IMG/VR virus record: IMGVR_UViG_3300030606_000005
Reading direction: 5' to 3' (one strand)
DNA length: 64,000 nucleotides
Origin: an uncultured virus (IMG/VR IMGVR_UViG_3300030606_000005)
Lineage: Duplodnaviria > Heunggongvirae > Uroviricota > Caudoviricetes
This document shows, piece by piece, positions 20,400 to 28,688 of the stretch. A program made the translations under genes and the position numbers. Below the pieces are notes generated by a model, which saw only the letters and a list, made by a program, of their open reading frames with translations, was not told the DNA's origin and did not search any database. How positions within the stretch are numbered: position 1 is the stretch's first letter; every line of letters begins with the position of its first letter.

Positions 20400-21278
20400 A
20401 TGGCCAAGCTCAGCACGCTCTACGACCCGTTCGACGGCGACGGCCTCGACACCACGCTGTGGAACGACTCTGTCGGCGTCACGCAAAGCCTCGGCGACGG
20501 GTACGCGGCCCTCGCGCCGTCCGGCGAATACGACAACTTCCTCGGCTTCACCCCGCCGTCCCGCGACTTCGCCGAGGACATCTTCGCCTGGGAGTGGACG
20601 TATCCGGTCGCGCCCACCTCCGGCACGGAGCAGTACTGCGGCATCAACAACGGCACATCTGGCGAGGAGTTCCAGTTCGGTCGGTTCTCCACGAGCCTGG
20701 GCTACTTCGTGGGCGCCGAGGATGGGTTCGTGCCCTGGTCGGACACCGATCACCGCTGGTGCCGTATCCGCACCACGACGACGCAGGTGTTCTTCGAGAC
20801 GTCCGCCGACGGTTCCATCTGGGTCAACCCGTTCGAGGGTGGCGGCGGCGGTGTCGAAGCCCTGCCCGCCTGGGATCTGTCCCTCACTCAGGTTCACTTC
20901 ATCAACGCCTTCTACACCGGCGCCGGCGGCGGGGACATGCGCGTCCACACCGTCGGCGTCGACTCCGCGACCCTGTCCGGCAGCCTCATGGGCGTCCTCG
21001 GCGGCATCAGTGCCCAGCTCGACGCGTCGCTGTCGTCGGCCGGGTCGGTCGCGGGCTCGCTCGCCGCCGTGGCGGCAGCCGCCGCCGGCCGAGTCGTCAG
21101 CCGCACCTCCCTCGGAGGCGTACTGGGCGGGATGACCGCGGCCATGGACGGCATGTTGGAGTCCAGTGCCGAGGACGTCACCGTGTCGGTCGGCCCCACC
21201 CGCATCGCAACGACCGGCGTCGGCACCACCGTACTCAGCCCCAGCATCGCGGACACGATCGTCGAGAGGAGCCCGTGA
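20400..21278 (+). CDS. Putative tail/receptor-binding protein, lectin-like N-terminus
   Basis: HRWCRIR...FFETSADG motif; resembles 8028..8678. Confidence 0.55.
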   Translation: MAKLSTLYDPFDGDGLDTTLWNDSVGVTQSLGDGYAALAPSGEYDNFLGFTPPSRDFAEDIFAWEWTYPVAPTSGTEQYCGINNGTSGEEFQFGRFSTSLGYFVGAEDGFVPWSDTDHRWCRIRTTTTQVFFETSADGSIWVNPFEGGGGGVEALPAWDLSLTQVHFINAFYTGAGGGDMRVHTVGVDSATLSGSLMGVLGGISAQLDASLSSAGSVAGSLAAVAAAAAGRVVSRTSLGGVLGGMTAAMDGMLESSAEDVTVSVGPTRIATTGVGTTVLSPSIADTIVERSP

Positions 21279-21637
21279 TGCCGGACATCTACAACACGGC
21301 CACCGAATACACGTCCAACGCGCTGACGTTCACGCGCGGCGGGCCCACGCAGGTCACGGCGGTCGGTGTCTACCACACCACTGACGTCAACTACGTCCCC
21401 GCCGTCGTCGACTTCACCACCGTCCAGCTCATCGACGGCGTCACCAACCCCACCGACCCACTCGCCCAGGACGGCGTCGTCGACGTCGTGGCGCAGATCG
21501 GCCCCGCCGTCGGCGCCGACGTCTCGCTCGCGGCCGGCACGTACTACCGGTGGATCCTCATCCAGACGCAGGCCATCGGCCCCCGGCCCGGCGAGAACAT
21601 CATCCGCAAGGCCCCCGACACCCTCGTCGTTCTGTAG
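21278..21637 (+). CDS. Hypothetical virion protein
   Basis: ATG 21278 overlaps previous stop; RBS GAGGAG. Confidence 0.6.
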   Translation: MPDIYNTATEYTSNALTFTRGGPTQVTAVGVYHTTDVNYVPAVVDFTTVQLIDGVTNPTDPLAQDGVVDVVAQIGPAVGADVSLAAGTYYRWILIQTQAIGPRPGENIIRKAPDTLVVL

Positions 21638-21646
21638 GAGGCCTCG

Positions 21647-21859
21647 ATGAACTTCCCCCTGTGGTTGTGGGCGATCCCCGCTGGAAGCTTCGCCGTGCTG
21701 GAGGGTCTTGCCATCGCCAACAAGCGGCGCGGCGACACAGCATCCGAGCTGATCCGCCGAGCCGCAGGAGTCAGCCCCGTACGTCCGTGGCGGCCCCTCG
21801 GCATCGCCGCCATCGCCACGTTCTGCACGTGGCTCGCGCACCACCTGATCGGAGGCTGA
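21647..21859 (+). CDS. Small membrane protein
   Basis: Two hydrophobic segments; GGAGG RBS. Confidence 0.6.
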   Translation: MNFPLWLWAIPAGSFAVLEGLAIANKRRGDTASELIRRAAGVSPVRPWRPLGIAAIATFCTWLAHHLIGG

Positions 21860-21860
21860 C

Positions 21861-22349
21861 ATGGTCCCTACCCCTGGCCGCATCGTGATGTACCAGCTGA
21901 CCGAGGACGATGCCCGGCGCATCACCCACCAGCGCACCCACAACGGTCAGCGCGGCAACTTCGTCACCGAGGGCCAGGAGTACCCGGCCGTCGTCGTCCG
22001 CACCTTTCCCGGCAACCCGGACGGCGTGTGCAACCTGCGCGTCCTGCTGGACGGCGAGGACACCCCGTACTGGGCGACGTCCCGCCACGAGGGCATGGCC
22101 GGTGAGGGCATGACCGTGGACAGCAGCGGCTTCCATGCCCGCGAAGGCTGGTACTTCCGCCGCGAAGACGACGGTTCGGTGCGCATCCTCGCCCCGGACA
22201 GCCTGGGGCCAGGCGCCCACCAGGTCGTGACGTTGGACGCGGACACGTGGGCGTCAGTCGTCGCTTCCGTGAGCCACGGGGGCGAGACCGGCGAGAGCTT
22301 CCGGACTGCGCGCCGCTTCCACGACGACCGAACCGAGGAAGGTGCCTGA
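21861..22349 (+). CDS. Hypothetical protein
   Basis: RBS; PTPGRIVMY N-terminus. Confidence 0.6.
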   Translation: MVPTPGRIVMYQLTEDDARRITHQRTHNGQRGNFVTEGQEYPAVVVRTFPGNPDGVCNLRVLLDGEDTPYWATSRHEGMAGEGMTVDSSGFHAREGWYFRREDDGSVRILAPDSLGPGAHQVVTLDADTWASVVASVSHGGETGESFRTARRFHDDRTEEGA

Positions 22350-22549
22350 TGGCTCGCCACGATCCTGTTGAGCTGGCCAAGGCCGCATACGCGGCGTACG
22401 GCGAGGCGACCGGAGGACGCACGTACGACGGCCGCCTCATGCCCGGCTGGGACGACCTCGGCGACACGATCCAGAACGCGTGGGCTGTGGCGGCCCACGC
22501 CGTCTTCAAGGCGGTCGTCACCCCGCCGCGATCGGAGGGGACACCGTGA
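22349..22549 (+). CDS. Hypothetical protein
   Basis: ATG 22349 coupled; AYAAYG...MPGWDDL. Confidence 0.6.
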   Translation: MARHDPVELAKAAYAAYGEATGGRTYDGRLMPGWDDLGDTIQNAWAVAAHAVFKAVVTPPRSEGTP

Positions 22550-23481
22550 GGACCGGTCCGCAGAAGTACCCCGGAGCCTCCACCGCCTACTGGTACCAGG
22601 ATGATTACCCGGGCTCGGCGATGGAGACCAACGTCATCCTGTGGCACAGCACCGAGGGAACCTCACTGCCGTCGTACGGCGGTGGCGGCTCCGCCCCGAA
22701 CCTGACCGCCGTGCCGGACTTCGCGGCCAAGAAGCTGCGCTGGTACCAGCACTTCGACTTCGACGTGTCCGCCCGCGCCCTGGTCAACACGGCGGGCGGC
22801 GTGGAGACGAACACGCTCAACGTGTGCCAGGTCGAGATCGTCGGCACCTGCGACCCGGCCACCCACAAGAAGTGGGGATCGACACCGCACCTGTACACGC
22901 CCGACCTCCCCGACTGGGCGATCAGGGACCTTGGCGCCTTCGCCCGCTGGGCTAACGAGCAGCACGGCGTACCGCTCACGTCCGGCCTGGCCTTCAAGCC
23001 GTACCCCGGCTCGTACGGCGCCAGCAACGGGGTCCGCATGTCCAACGCTGCCTGGCTCAAGTTCAGCGGGCACTGCGGCCACCAGCACGCCCCCGAGAAC
23101 CTCCACGGCGACCCGGGCGCCTTCCCGATGACCGCCATCCTCACCGCTGCCAAGGGCACACCTCAGGAGGACGACATGCCCACCGCCAAAGAGATCGCTG
23201 ACGAGGTCGCGAAGACGCTGCCAGCCGCAGTGTGGGCGCACCGACTGATCAGCCCGACCGCCCCCGAGGGCACGGACCCGGCGCGGCCGGCGGGCACCTT
23301 CCTGCGCTGGGGGGACAAGCATCAGGCGGCGCTGCTCGCCGAGCTGGGGGCGCTGCGCGGCGCGGTGGCGGCGCTCGCGGCGGCGGGAGGGCTGGACGCG
23401 GCGGAGGTCCAGGCCGCGGCGGAGGCCGGTGCGCGGACGGTGCTGTCCGAGTTCGGCGACGCACTCACGAAGGAGTTCTGA
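22546..23481 (+). CDS. Endolysin (zinc amidase-like)
   Basis: WHSTEG, QVEIVG, GHQHAPENLHGDPG motifs; precedes holin. Confidence 0.85.
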   Translation: MRTGPQKYPGASTAYWYQDDYPGSAMETNVILWHSTEGTSLPSYGGGGSAPNLTAVPDFAAKKLRWYQHFDFDVSARALVNTAGGVETNTLNVCQVEIVGTCDPATHKKWGSTPHLYTPDLPDWAIRDLGAFARWANEQHGVPLTSGLAFKPYPGSYGASNGVRMSNAAWLKFSGHCGHQHAPENLHGDPGAFPMTAILTAAKGTPQEDDMPTAKEIADEVAKTLPAAVWAHRLISPTAPEGTDPARPAGTFLRWGDKHQAALLAELGALRGAVAALAAAGGLDAAEVQAAAEAGARTVLSEFGDALTKEF

Positions 23482-23484
23482 CCC

Positions 23485-23670
23485 ATGAAGGTCTCCACGA
23501 TGTGGAAGGCGATCGTCGCCGCAGTCGCGGCCGGCACCGGGTCCCTGGGTGCTGCGGTACAGGACGGCACGCTGACGACCGGGGAAGGCGTCGCCGTGGT
23601 GCTGGCTGTGCTCGGCGGGCTCGGGGTCACGTACGTGGTGCCGAACCGGGAGCCCAAGGACTCGGCATGA
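23485..23670 (+). CDS. Holin
   Basis: 61 aa with two hydrophobic helices, WKAIVA...GVTYVVPN; follows endolysin. Confidence 0.8.
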   Translation: MKVSTMWKAIVAAVAAGTGSLGAAVQDGTLTTGEGVAVVLAVLGGLGVTYVVPNREPKDSA

Positions 23671-23987
23671 CCACGGTCCCGGACCCGTCGACGAACCTCG
23701 CGGTCGAGGTAGCCAACCTACGAGGGGAGATCAACACGGGGTTGGAGTCCATCAAGGGCACCTTGGGAATCCTCGTCGAACGCACGACCCGCACCGACGC
23801 TGACGTCCGCCAGCTGCGCGCGGACATGGAGGCCGAGTTCCAGAAGCTCCGCGACGAAGAGGTCAAGCCGCTACGTGCGAAGGTCGACGATCTGGAAGGC
23901 CGCCGTTTCCCTCTGCCGGTGATCGGCGCGCTGGCCACGGTCTGTGCGCTGCTCGTCAGCGTCATCGGTCTGCTGCTCGTCAGCTGA
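23667..23987 (+). CDS. Coiled-coil membrane protein of the lysis cassette
   Basis: ATGA overlap; coiled coil plus C-terminal TM. Confidence 0.7.
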   Translation: MTTVPDPSTNLAVEVANLRGEINTGLESIKGTLGILVERTTRTDADVRQLRADMEAEFQKLRDEEVKPLRAKVDDLEGRRFPLPVIGALATVCALLVSVIGLLLVS

Positions 23988-24026
23988 TCCGGTCCGCCCC
24001 ACGGATGTCCGTAGAGCGTCTGCTGT

Positions 24027-24058
24027 GCCCCGCCGCCTCCGGGCGGCGGGGCGCTTTT
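24027..24058 (+). terminator. Intrinsic terminator ending the late operon
   Basis: gccccgccgcc-tccg-ggcggcggggc followed by gctttt. Confidence 0.85.
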
Positions 24059-24136
24059 GCCGTTGCTGCGGCCTCCGTGATGCGCTCGTGCGCCGTTGCC
24101 AACAGGTCGCTTCGCGGGTAGGTCTCTTCTCAGGAG

Positions 24137-24376
24137 GTGGGGCCGATGGACCGTCCCCGAGAGACGCTCGGTGAGCGTGGAGAGCGCGTACCTTGCGCGA
24201 CCCTCGAATGGCAGAGCGGGGGTTTCTACAGGTGCGTACAGTGCGGCACGGAATGGGTATGCACGCGTCGCCCGACTTCAAAGCCACAGAAGCGGAAGCC
24301 GAGGCAGATGCCGCTGAAGCCCCGCACCGGTCTCCCTGACAAGATCATCGTGAAGGAAGTGCCCGCGCAGAACTGA
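24137..24376 (+). CDS. Small basic protein with CxxC
   Basis: GGAGG upstream; start uncertain (24137 or 24146). Confidence 0.45.
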   Translation: MGPMDRPRETLGERGERVPCATLEWQSGGFYRCVQCGTEWVCTRRPTSKPQKRKPRQMPLKPRTGLPDKIIVKEVPAQN

Positions 24377-24390
24377 CCTCGCCGACGGCA

Positions 24391-24633
24391 TCAGGCCTCG
24401 CCCGGCTCCGGGTACCGAACAGCTTTCTTCACAGCCTGCTCCAGCTCGTACCGGGACATGCTCACTTCCTCGCGCGCCGCATGCTCGGTGACCGCGGCCA
24501 GGAAGCTCTCGGCTGCCACGCGCCACGCCCTCCACTGCGTCTCAAACTCCGCACCGTCGACGCCTGCGAGCTGCGCGCGCTCGGACTCGGCGGAACGTTC
24601 CCGCTTGATCAATTCGTCGGGGATGTCTGCCAC
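24391..24633 (-). CDS. Hypothetical protein
   Basis: GTG 24633, ADIPDELIKRER...ELEQAVKKAVR. Confidence 0.6.
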   Translation of the reverse strand: MADIPDELIKRERSAESERAQLAGVDGAEFETQWRAWRVAAESFLAAVTEHAAREEVSMSRYELEQAVKKAVRYPEPGEA

Positions 24634-24873
24634 GAGCACGGATCTTAGGCGGGGGCGCGAGCCGCCGCTGCGCCCGGCTCGCCGACCAGGCCGCAGGTAA
24701 CTGCTCACGCTCGACCTATTGCGCATTCCGGCCAGTGCGGCGCATTGTGATCGTCGCACGCCCCCTTTCCGCCCCCAGGCGAAAGAGGCGGTGCAGCATC
24801 CTGCCGTCCTCCCGAGGCGGGATGCGCCTCGCGCCCCGGTCGCCGCCCCCGTCGTCGGCCGGGGCGCCGTGGA

Positions 24874-25416
24874 TCAACGCAGGTCGAGGACCATGGCGTC
24901 GTACCGGGGCGAGTCCTCGAACGGCTGCATCTGACCGACCTTCCGGTAACCCCAGCTCTCGTAGAGAGCACGCACTTTGGGGTGTTCGCTGTCCACGAGC
25001 AGTGATGCACGGGCTTCCTGCCGCTGGCCCATGAGTTCGTCGTGGATGCCTCGGGCGATGCCCTTTCCGCGCCATGGCTGGCGGACCATGATTTCGCACA
25101 GGCCGAACGTGCCCTGCTCGCCGTAGTCCCGGACGCCGGGGCCGACAGGGTCTAGGATGTCGCGCCACTCCCGGGCGCTGTCGAGCCGCCCGTACGCGTA
25201 GCCGACCGGCTGGCCGTCGATCTCGCCTGCGACACATGCCCAGCTGGAGCCAGAAGCGTGGCCCGAGAGCCGTTCCTCGAAGCGCTCCACGGAGAAGAAC
25301 GGGTCTTGTGCGGCCTCCCGCGCGTACACCTCGGCGTACACGTCCACGAGCATGGAGCGGATCTGAGGCAGGTGTTCGCGCCGGTAATAGCTGAGCGTGA
25401 GCACATCTACCGTCAT
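24874..25416 (-). CDS. GNAT family N-acetyltransferase
   Basis: VGYAYG, EIMVRQPWRGKGIA acetyl-CoA motif, LYESWGY. Confidence 0.9.
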   Translation of the reverse strand: MTVDVLTLSYYRREHLPQIRSMLVDVYAEVYAREAAQDPFFSVERFEERLSGHASGSSWACVAGEIDGQPVGYAYGRLDSAREWRDILDPVGPGVRDYGEQGTFGLCEIMVRQPWRGKGIARGIHDELMGQRQEARASLLVDSEHPKVRALYESWGYRKVGQMQPFEDSPRYDAMVLDLR

Positions 25417-26690
25417 GTTGCCGCCTCCTGGTAGTGGTCTGCGAAGGTCCTTGCCTCTCGCGGAGCGCAGTCCAGCACATCGTCGTGGAACTGCGCCAGG
25501 TGCGCACTCCAGCGAGCGCTGCGTACCTCGGGAAGCAGGCCGAGGGCCTCGTGCCCGGATTCGAGGGCCCCGTCCGCCTCACCAGCCGCGAGAAGGTTCC
25601 TGGCCAGGCTGACATGGGTGGCGAATGCATTCCGGCGGAACTCGTCCGTCGCTATGAGCGCAAGCGCATCACGGTCGGCTTGAGCCGCCCGCGCGTAGTC
25701 CCCCAGGTTGAAGAAGCACAAGGCGGCCTGTCCGGCCATCTCATCGGGGCCGCAGAACGCCAGCCACGCGGGGGCCTGGCCGGACGCACGGTCGAGTTCC
25801 TGTTCGGCGCGGTGGAGGGACTGCGCGCACCGCCCCCTTTCCCCGTCGGCCGAATGCCCGAGTGCGACCCGCGAGTGCAGCAGCGCCGATAGGCGAGGGT
25901 CGCGCCGGCCTCGGGTGGCGTCCAGTGCCGCGCGAGCGACGGCGACCGCCTCGGCGCCGTGGCCGAGGTCGACCGCCTGCCGGGACAGGCTTGCCCAGAT
26001 GCGGGCCTGGAGCATGGGGTCACGTGCGAGGAGTGCGTAGCGAAGTGCGGTGTCCCACCGGCTGCGCGCCTGGTCGTGTCGGCCGGAGTCGTAGGCCAGC
26101 CATCCGGCTTCCTCGCATATTTCACCGAGGGCTTGGTGCAGCTGTGTCTGCACGCGTCCGCCGTAGGTGCAGTGCCGCATGGCGTGCTCGACGTGTTCGA
26201 CGTACCGTCCGGCGATGTCGGCTAGCTGTGCGCTTCCGTGCTGACTGTCCAGCTGGACGAGGTGCGCCTCGGCCTCGCGGATACGGACGATGTCGCTCAG
26301 GCCTAGGCGCCCCGACTCGGGCAGTGGGGGCAGGGCGATGAGGCTGCCGAGGCCGACGATGAACTTGCGGCGGAGCACGGGCGGGTCCTGAGGTGGTGCG
26401 GGTACTGACGTTCGCACGGTAACCCGGGGAGTGCGGCTGGCGGGAGGGCAGAAGCCTAACTCGCTGGCAGGGCGGCCGAATACGCTTTCCAGCGGAAGAC
26501 GACTGCGGGTTCTCGGCCAGGCGACCTTGCCCTTCAGCCAGAAGTTGACGAGCTGCACCGAGCAGTTGCCGGGGGCTCCCGTGAGCTGCTCGGCGGCGTC
26601 GTTGACCGCTTCGGCGAGCCCTTCCCGGGTGAACCCGTACTCGGTCATGAGCTGCCGGAGCGTGAGGTTCGGCTGGAGTTGATCGACCAT
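25413..26690 (-). CDS. XRE-HTH plus helical-repeat transcriptional regulator (NsdA-like family)
   Basis: ATG 26690 with GAGGGG RBS; N-terminal HTH, LDSQHGS and AGWLAYDSG motifs; contains TTA codon at 26459-26457. Confidence 0.8.
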   Translation of the reverse strand: MVDQLQPNLTLRQLMTEYGFTREGLAEAVNDAAEQLTGAPGNCSVQLVNFWLKGKVAWPRTRSRLPLESVFGRPASELGFCPPASRTPRVTVRTSVPAPPQDPPVLRRKFIVGLGSLIALPPLPESGRLGLSDIVRIREAEAHLVQLDSQHGSAQLADIAGRYVEHVEHAMRHCTYGGRVQTQLHQALGEICEEAGWLAYDSGRHDQARSRWDTALRYALLARDPMLQARIWASLSRQAVDLGHGAEAVAVARAALDATRGRRDPRLSALLHSRVALGHSADGERGRCAQSLHRAEQELDRASGQAPAWLAFCGPDEMAGQAALCFFNLGDYARAAQADRDALALIATDEFRRNAFATHVSLARNLLAAGEADGALESGHEALGLLPEVRSARWSAHLAQFHDDVLDCAPREARTFADHYQEAAT

Positions 26691-26870
26691 CAGTCCCCCT
26701 CGTGACGGCACCACCGTAGCGGCAGAAGTTTGCCCCTGCCGTGAAGTTACCCCTTCCGAACTTGTCTTTACCGGTTGGTGGTTGACGCGTGACGGTGGTT
26801 CCTCAGCGCAAGCCAAACCCCGGCACCGCTGACACGGCCCGGGGCGCGGCCGACTGCAAAGGAGTCGACA

Positions 26871-27158
26871 GTGAACCTTGTACCACGATTGCTCGAATGG
26901 GTGAGAACCCTCCTGTTCGGGGCGCTTGAATCCGGCCGCCTTGCTCTTGATGCGGACCAGGACGATGACCCGAGTGTGGCCCCGCCCTGTCCGTCGCCGG
27001 AGATGTGGGGAGCCATCCTCATCCATGCCCGACGCCGCAGGGCTCAGCGCCAACGGTTTGTGCCGGCGCCGGGCGCTGACTCGCCGGTGCGCGCCTACGC
27101 CAGTCCAGCGAACGGACAGGCGCGAGCGCTGGCCATGTCGGCGCAGGAGGCCCGGTGA
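26871..27158 (+). CDS. Hypothetical protein
   Basis: AAGGAG RBS; divergent from the regulator. Confidence 0.55.
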   Translation: MNLVPRLLEWVRTLLFGALESGRLALDADQDDDPSVAPPCPSPEMWGAILIHARRRRAQRQRFVPAPGADSPVRAYASPANGQARALAMSAQEAR

Positions 27159-27160
27159 CG

Positions 27161-27385
27161 ATGACCGCGTACAAGCCGAACCTCGGCGACACCGTCGAGG
27201 ACACCAGCGCCAACAAGGTCGGCAAGGTCATGGGCTTCGAGGGGCCGTACGTCCAGGTGCGGCCGATCGGCGGCGGCCTGGAGTGGGACGCGCATCCGGA
27301 CAACCTCCGGCCCGTCACCGGCACCGAGGCGCTGCGCTCCGCCGTCGCGGTGGCCAACGCCCGCTCGCGGGGTGAGTGCCCGTGA
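27161..27385 (+). CDS. Hypothetical protein
   Basis: VGKVMGFEGPYVQVRPIGGGLEW motif; RBS. Confidence 0.7.
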   Translation: MTAYKPNLGDTVEDTSANKVGKVMGFEGPYVQVRPIGGGLEWDAHPDNLRPVTGTEALRSAVAVANARSRGECP

Positions 27386-27750
27386 CGGCCAACACCTCCC
27401 TGCCGGTCGACGTCGAGACGATGCGCGCCAGCGCCAGTCGCCTGCTCGCACCCGACGCCGAAGCGCCTTCCGTGCAGGAACTGGAGACGCTGACGCTCAC
27501 GCTGAAGGGGCATCTGGCGCTCATCATCCCCGAGCTGGGGCGGGCTGCTTCAGGTCGGCGCGATGACGACGACATGCCCCGCGTGTGCGCCCGGATGGCC
27601 ATCGCGGAGACCTGCCGGAAGGTACGCATCGAGCCGCGCCCCGGCCTGAGTTCACACATCGCGTACGCGCGCCGTCTGTCCCGTTCCCTGAACGCGCTGT
27701 GCCGACACTACGAGATCTTGCACGACAAGAAGGCGGAGGCCTGCGAGTGA
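27382..27750 (+). CDS. DUF6415-like protein
   Basis: LPVDVETMRASA, LKGHLALIIPE, ARRLSRSLNALCRHYE. Confidence 0.65.
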   Translation: MTANTSLPVDVETMRASASRLLAPDAEAPSVQELETLTLTLKGHLALIIPELGRAASGRRDDDDMPRVCARMAIAETCRKVRIEPRPGLSSHIAYARRLSRSLNALCRHYEILHDKKAEACE

Positions 27751-27941
27751 GCGCGTCCAGGACCGCACAGGCTCCGACTCTGTCCGCCGAGTGCACGGTC
27801 GCGAAGCATCCCGACTACCCGGACATGCACGGCCGGTGCCGCCAGACCGAGGACATCCCTGTCCACCCCAGCGCGCCGCGCATCCTGCTCTGGCCCCGCT
27901 GCCGCTGCTCCTGCCACACGCAGGCCGTGAGCGCGTCGTGA
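27747..27941 (+). CDS. Small Cys/His-rich protein
   Basis: GTGA overlap; LSAEC...HGRC...RCRCSCH. Confidence 0.5.
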   Translation: MSASRTAQAPTLSAECTVAKHPDYPDMHGRCRQTEDIPVHPSAPRILLWPRCRCSCHTQAVSAS

Positions 27942-28073
27942 AGGCGATCGCCGGCCTGCTCGTGTACGTGGCAGCCGTGTCCGCCCCCGTCCTCGCCCTG
28001 GTGCTGGTGAGGACTCCGAACTAGCGCACCCCCATGGCGGCCGTCTCGGGATAGGGCCGCACCCCACAACGCC

Positions 28074-28578
28074 CCTCCGGCCGGTGCTCCGCAAGACGCC
28101 GACGGGAGGCGGCAGCCCGCCCTGCCGGTGTCCCGCAAGACACTGGTGGGGCGGGTGACAGCCCCACGATCAGCCCCGCTCGTCCGCCTCCCCCGCGGCG
28201 GACGAGCGGGGCGCTGTCACGAGCGCCGCGACATCTATGTCGAGCGCTGCGGCGATCCTCAGAAGGTGGCCGTATCGGGGGTCGCTCTCACCGCGCTCGA
28301 TGCGTTGGAGGGTGCGCCGGTCGATGCCGGTGATCTCGGCGAAGCGTTCCTGGGTGCAGTTGGCATAGAGCCGTAGATCGCGGATGCGTCCGCCCAGGTT
28401 GCGACGCTGTTCGGTGATCCATGTGGGGGCGTCGCTTGGCACTCGACAAAACTCGAATGTCCGTGATCACATGTCAGCGTCAGCCATGTCGCTTTTTGTG
28501 ATCTATGGCTGAGGGGTGAGTGAGCCCCGCCTGAGCGCCCTCCCCGCCGGTGTCCCGCAAGACGCTGGTGGGGAGGGC
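28074..28578. repeat. Three related hairpins with CCGCAA loop (28074-28109, 28116-28155, 28537-28578)
   Basis: Shared core ccggtg(t/c)(c/t)ccgcaagac; outer stems differ but remain paired. Confidence 0.75.
28170..28442 (-). CDS. XRE family HTH regulator
   Basis: TQERFAEITGIDRRTLQRIERGESDP. Confidence 0.88.
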   Translation of the reverse strand: MPSDAPTWITEQRRNLGGRIRDLRLYANCTQERFAEITGIDRRTLQRIERGESDPRYGHLLRIAAALDIDVAALVTAPRSSAAGEADERG

Positions 28579-28617
28579 TTCGTCGTTCCTGCGTCCCGCT
28601 GCCTGGTGTCCTTTAGA

Positions 28618-28647
28618 ACTAAGGTGCATCCATGGATGCGCCTTAGT
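28618..28647. other. Candidate attP core (30-bp near-perfect palindrome)
   Basis: actaaggtgcatcca|tggatgcgccttagt with one mismatch, directly upstream of the serine integrase. Confidence 0.5.
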
Positions 28648-28688
28648 CGTTACACTCTGTGTCGAGCAGTAGGCACGGAGGGGTGAGC

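Noticed and set aside
18397..21637. Diversity-generating retroelement or invertible tail-fibre system
   Set aside because: No reverse transcriptase, template/variable repeat pair or invertase seen in the window
26691..27053. N-terminal extension of the regulator in the ORF track (546 aa)
   Set aside because: It crosses the divergent intergenic region and gene 26871; ATG 26690 has an RBS and precedes the HTH
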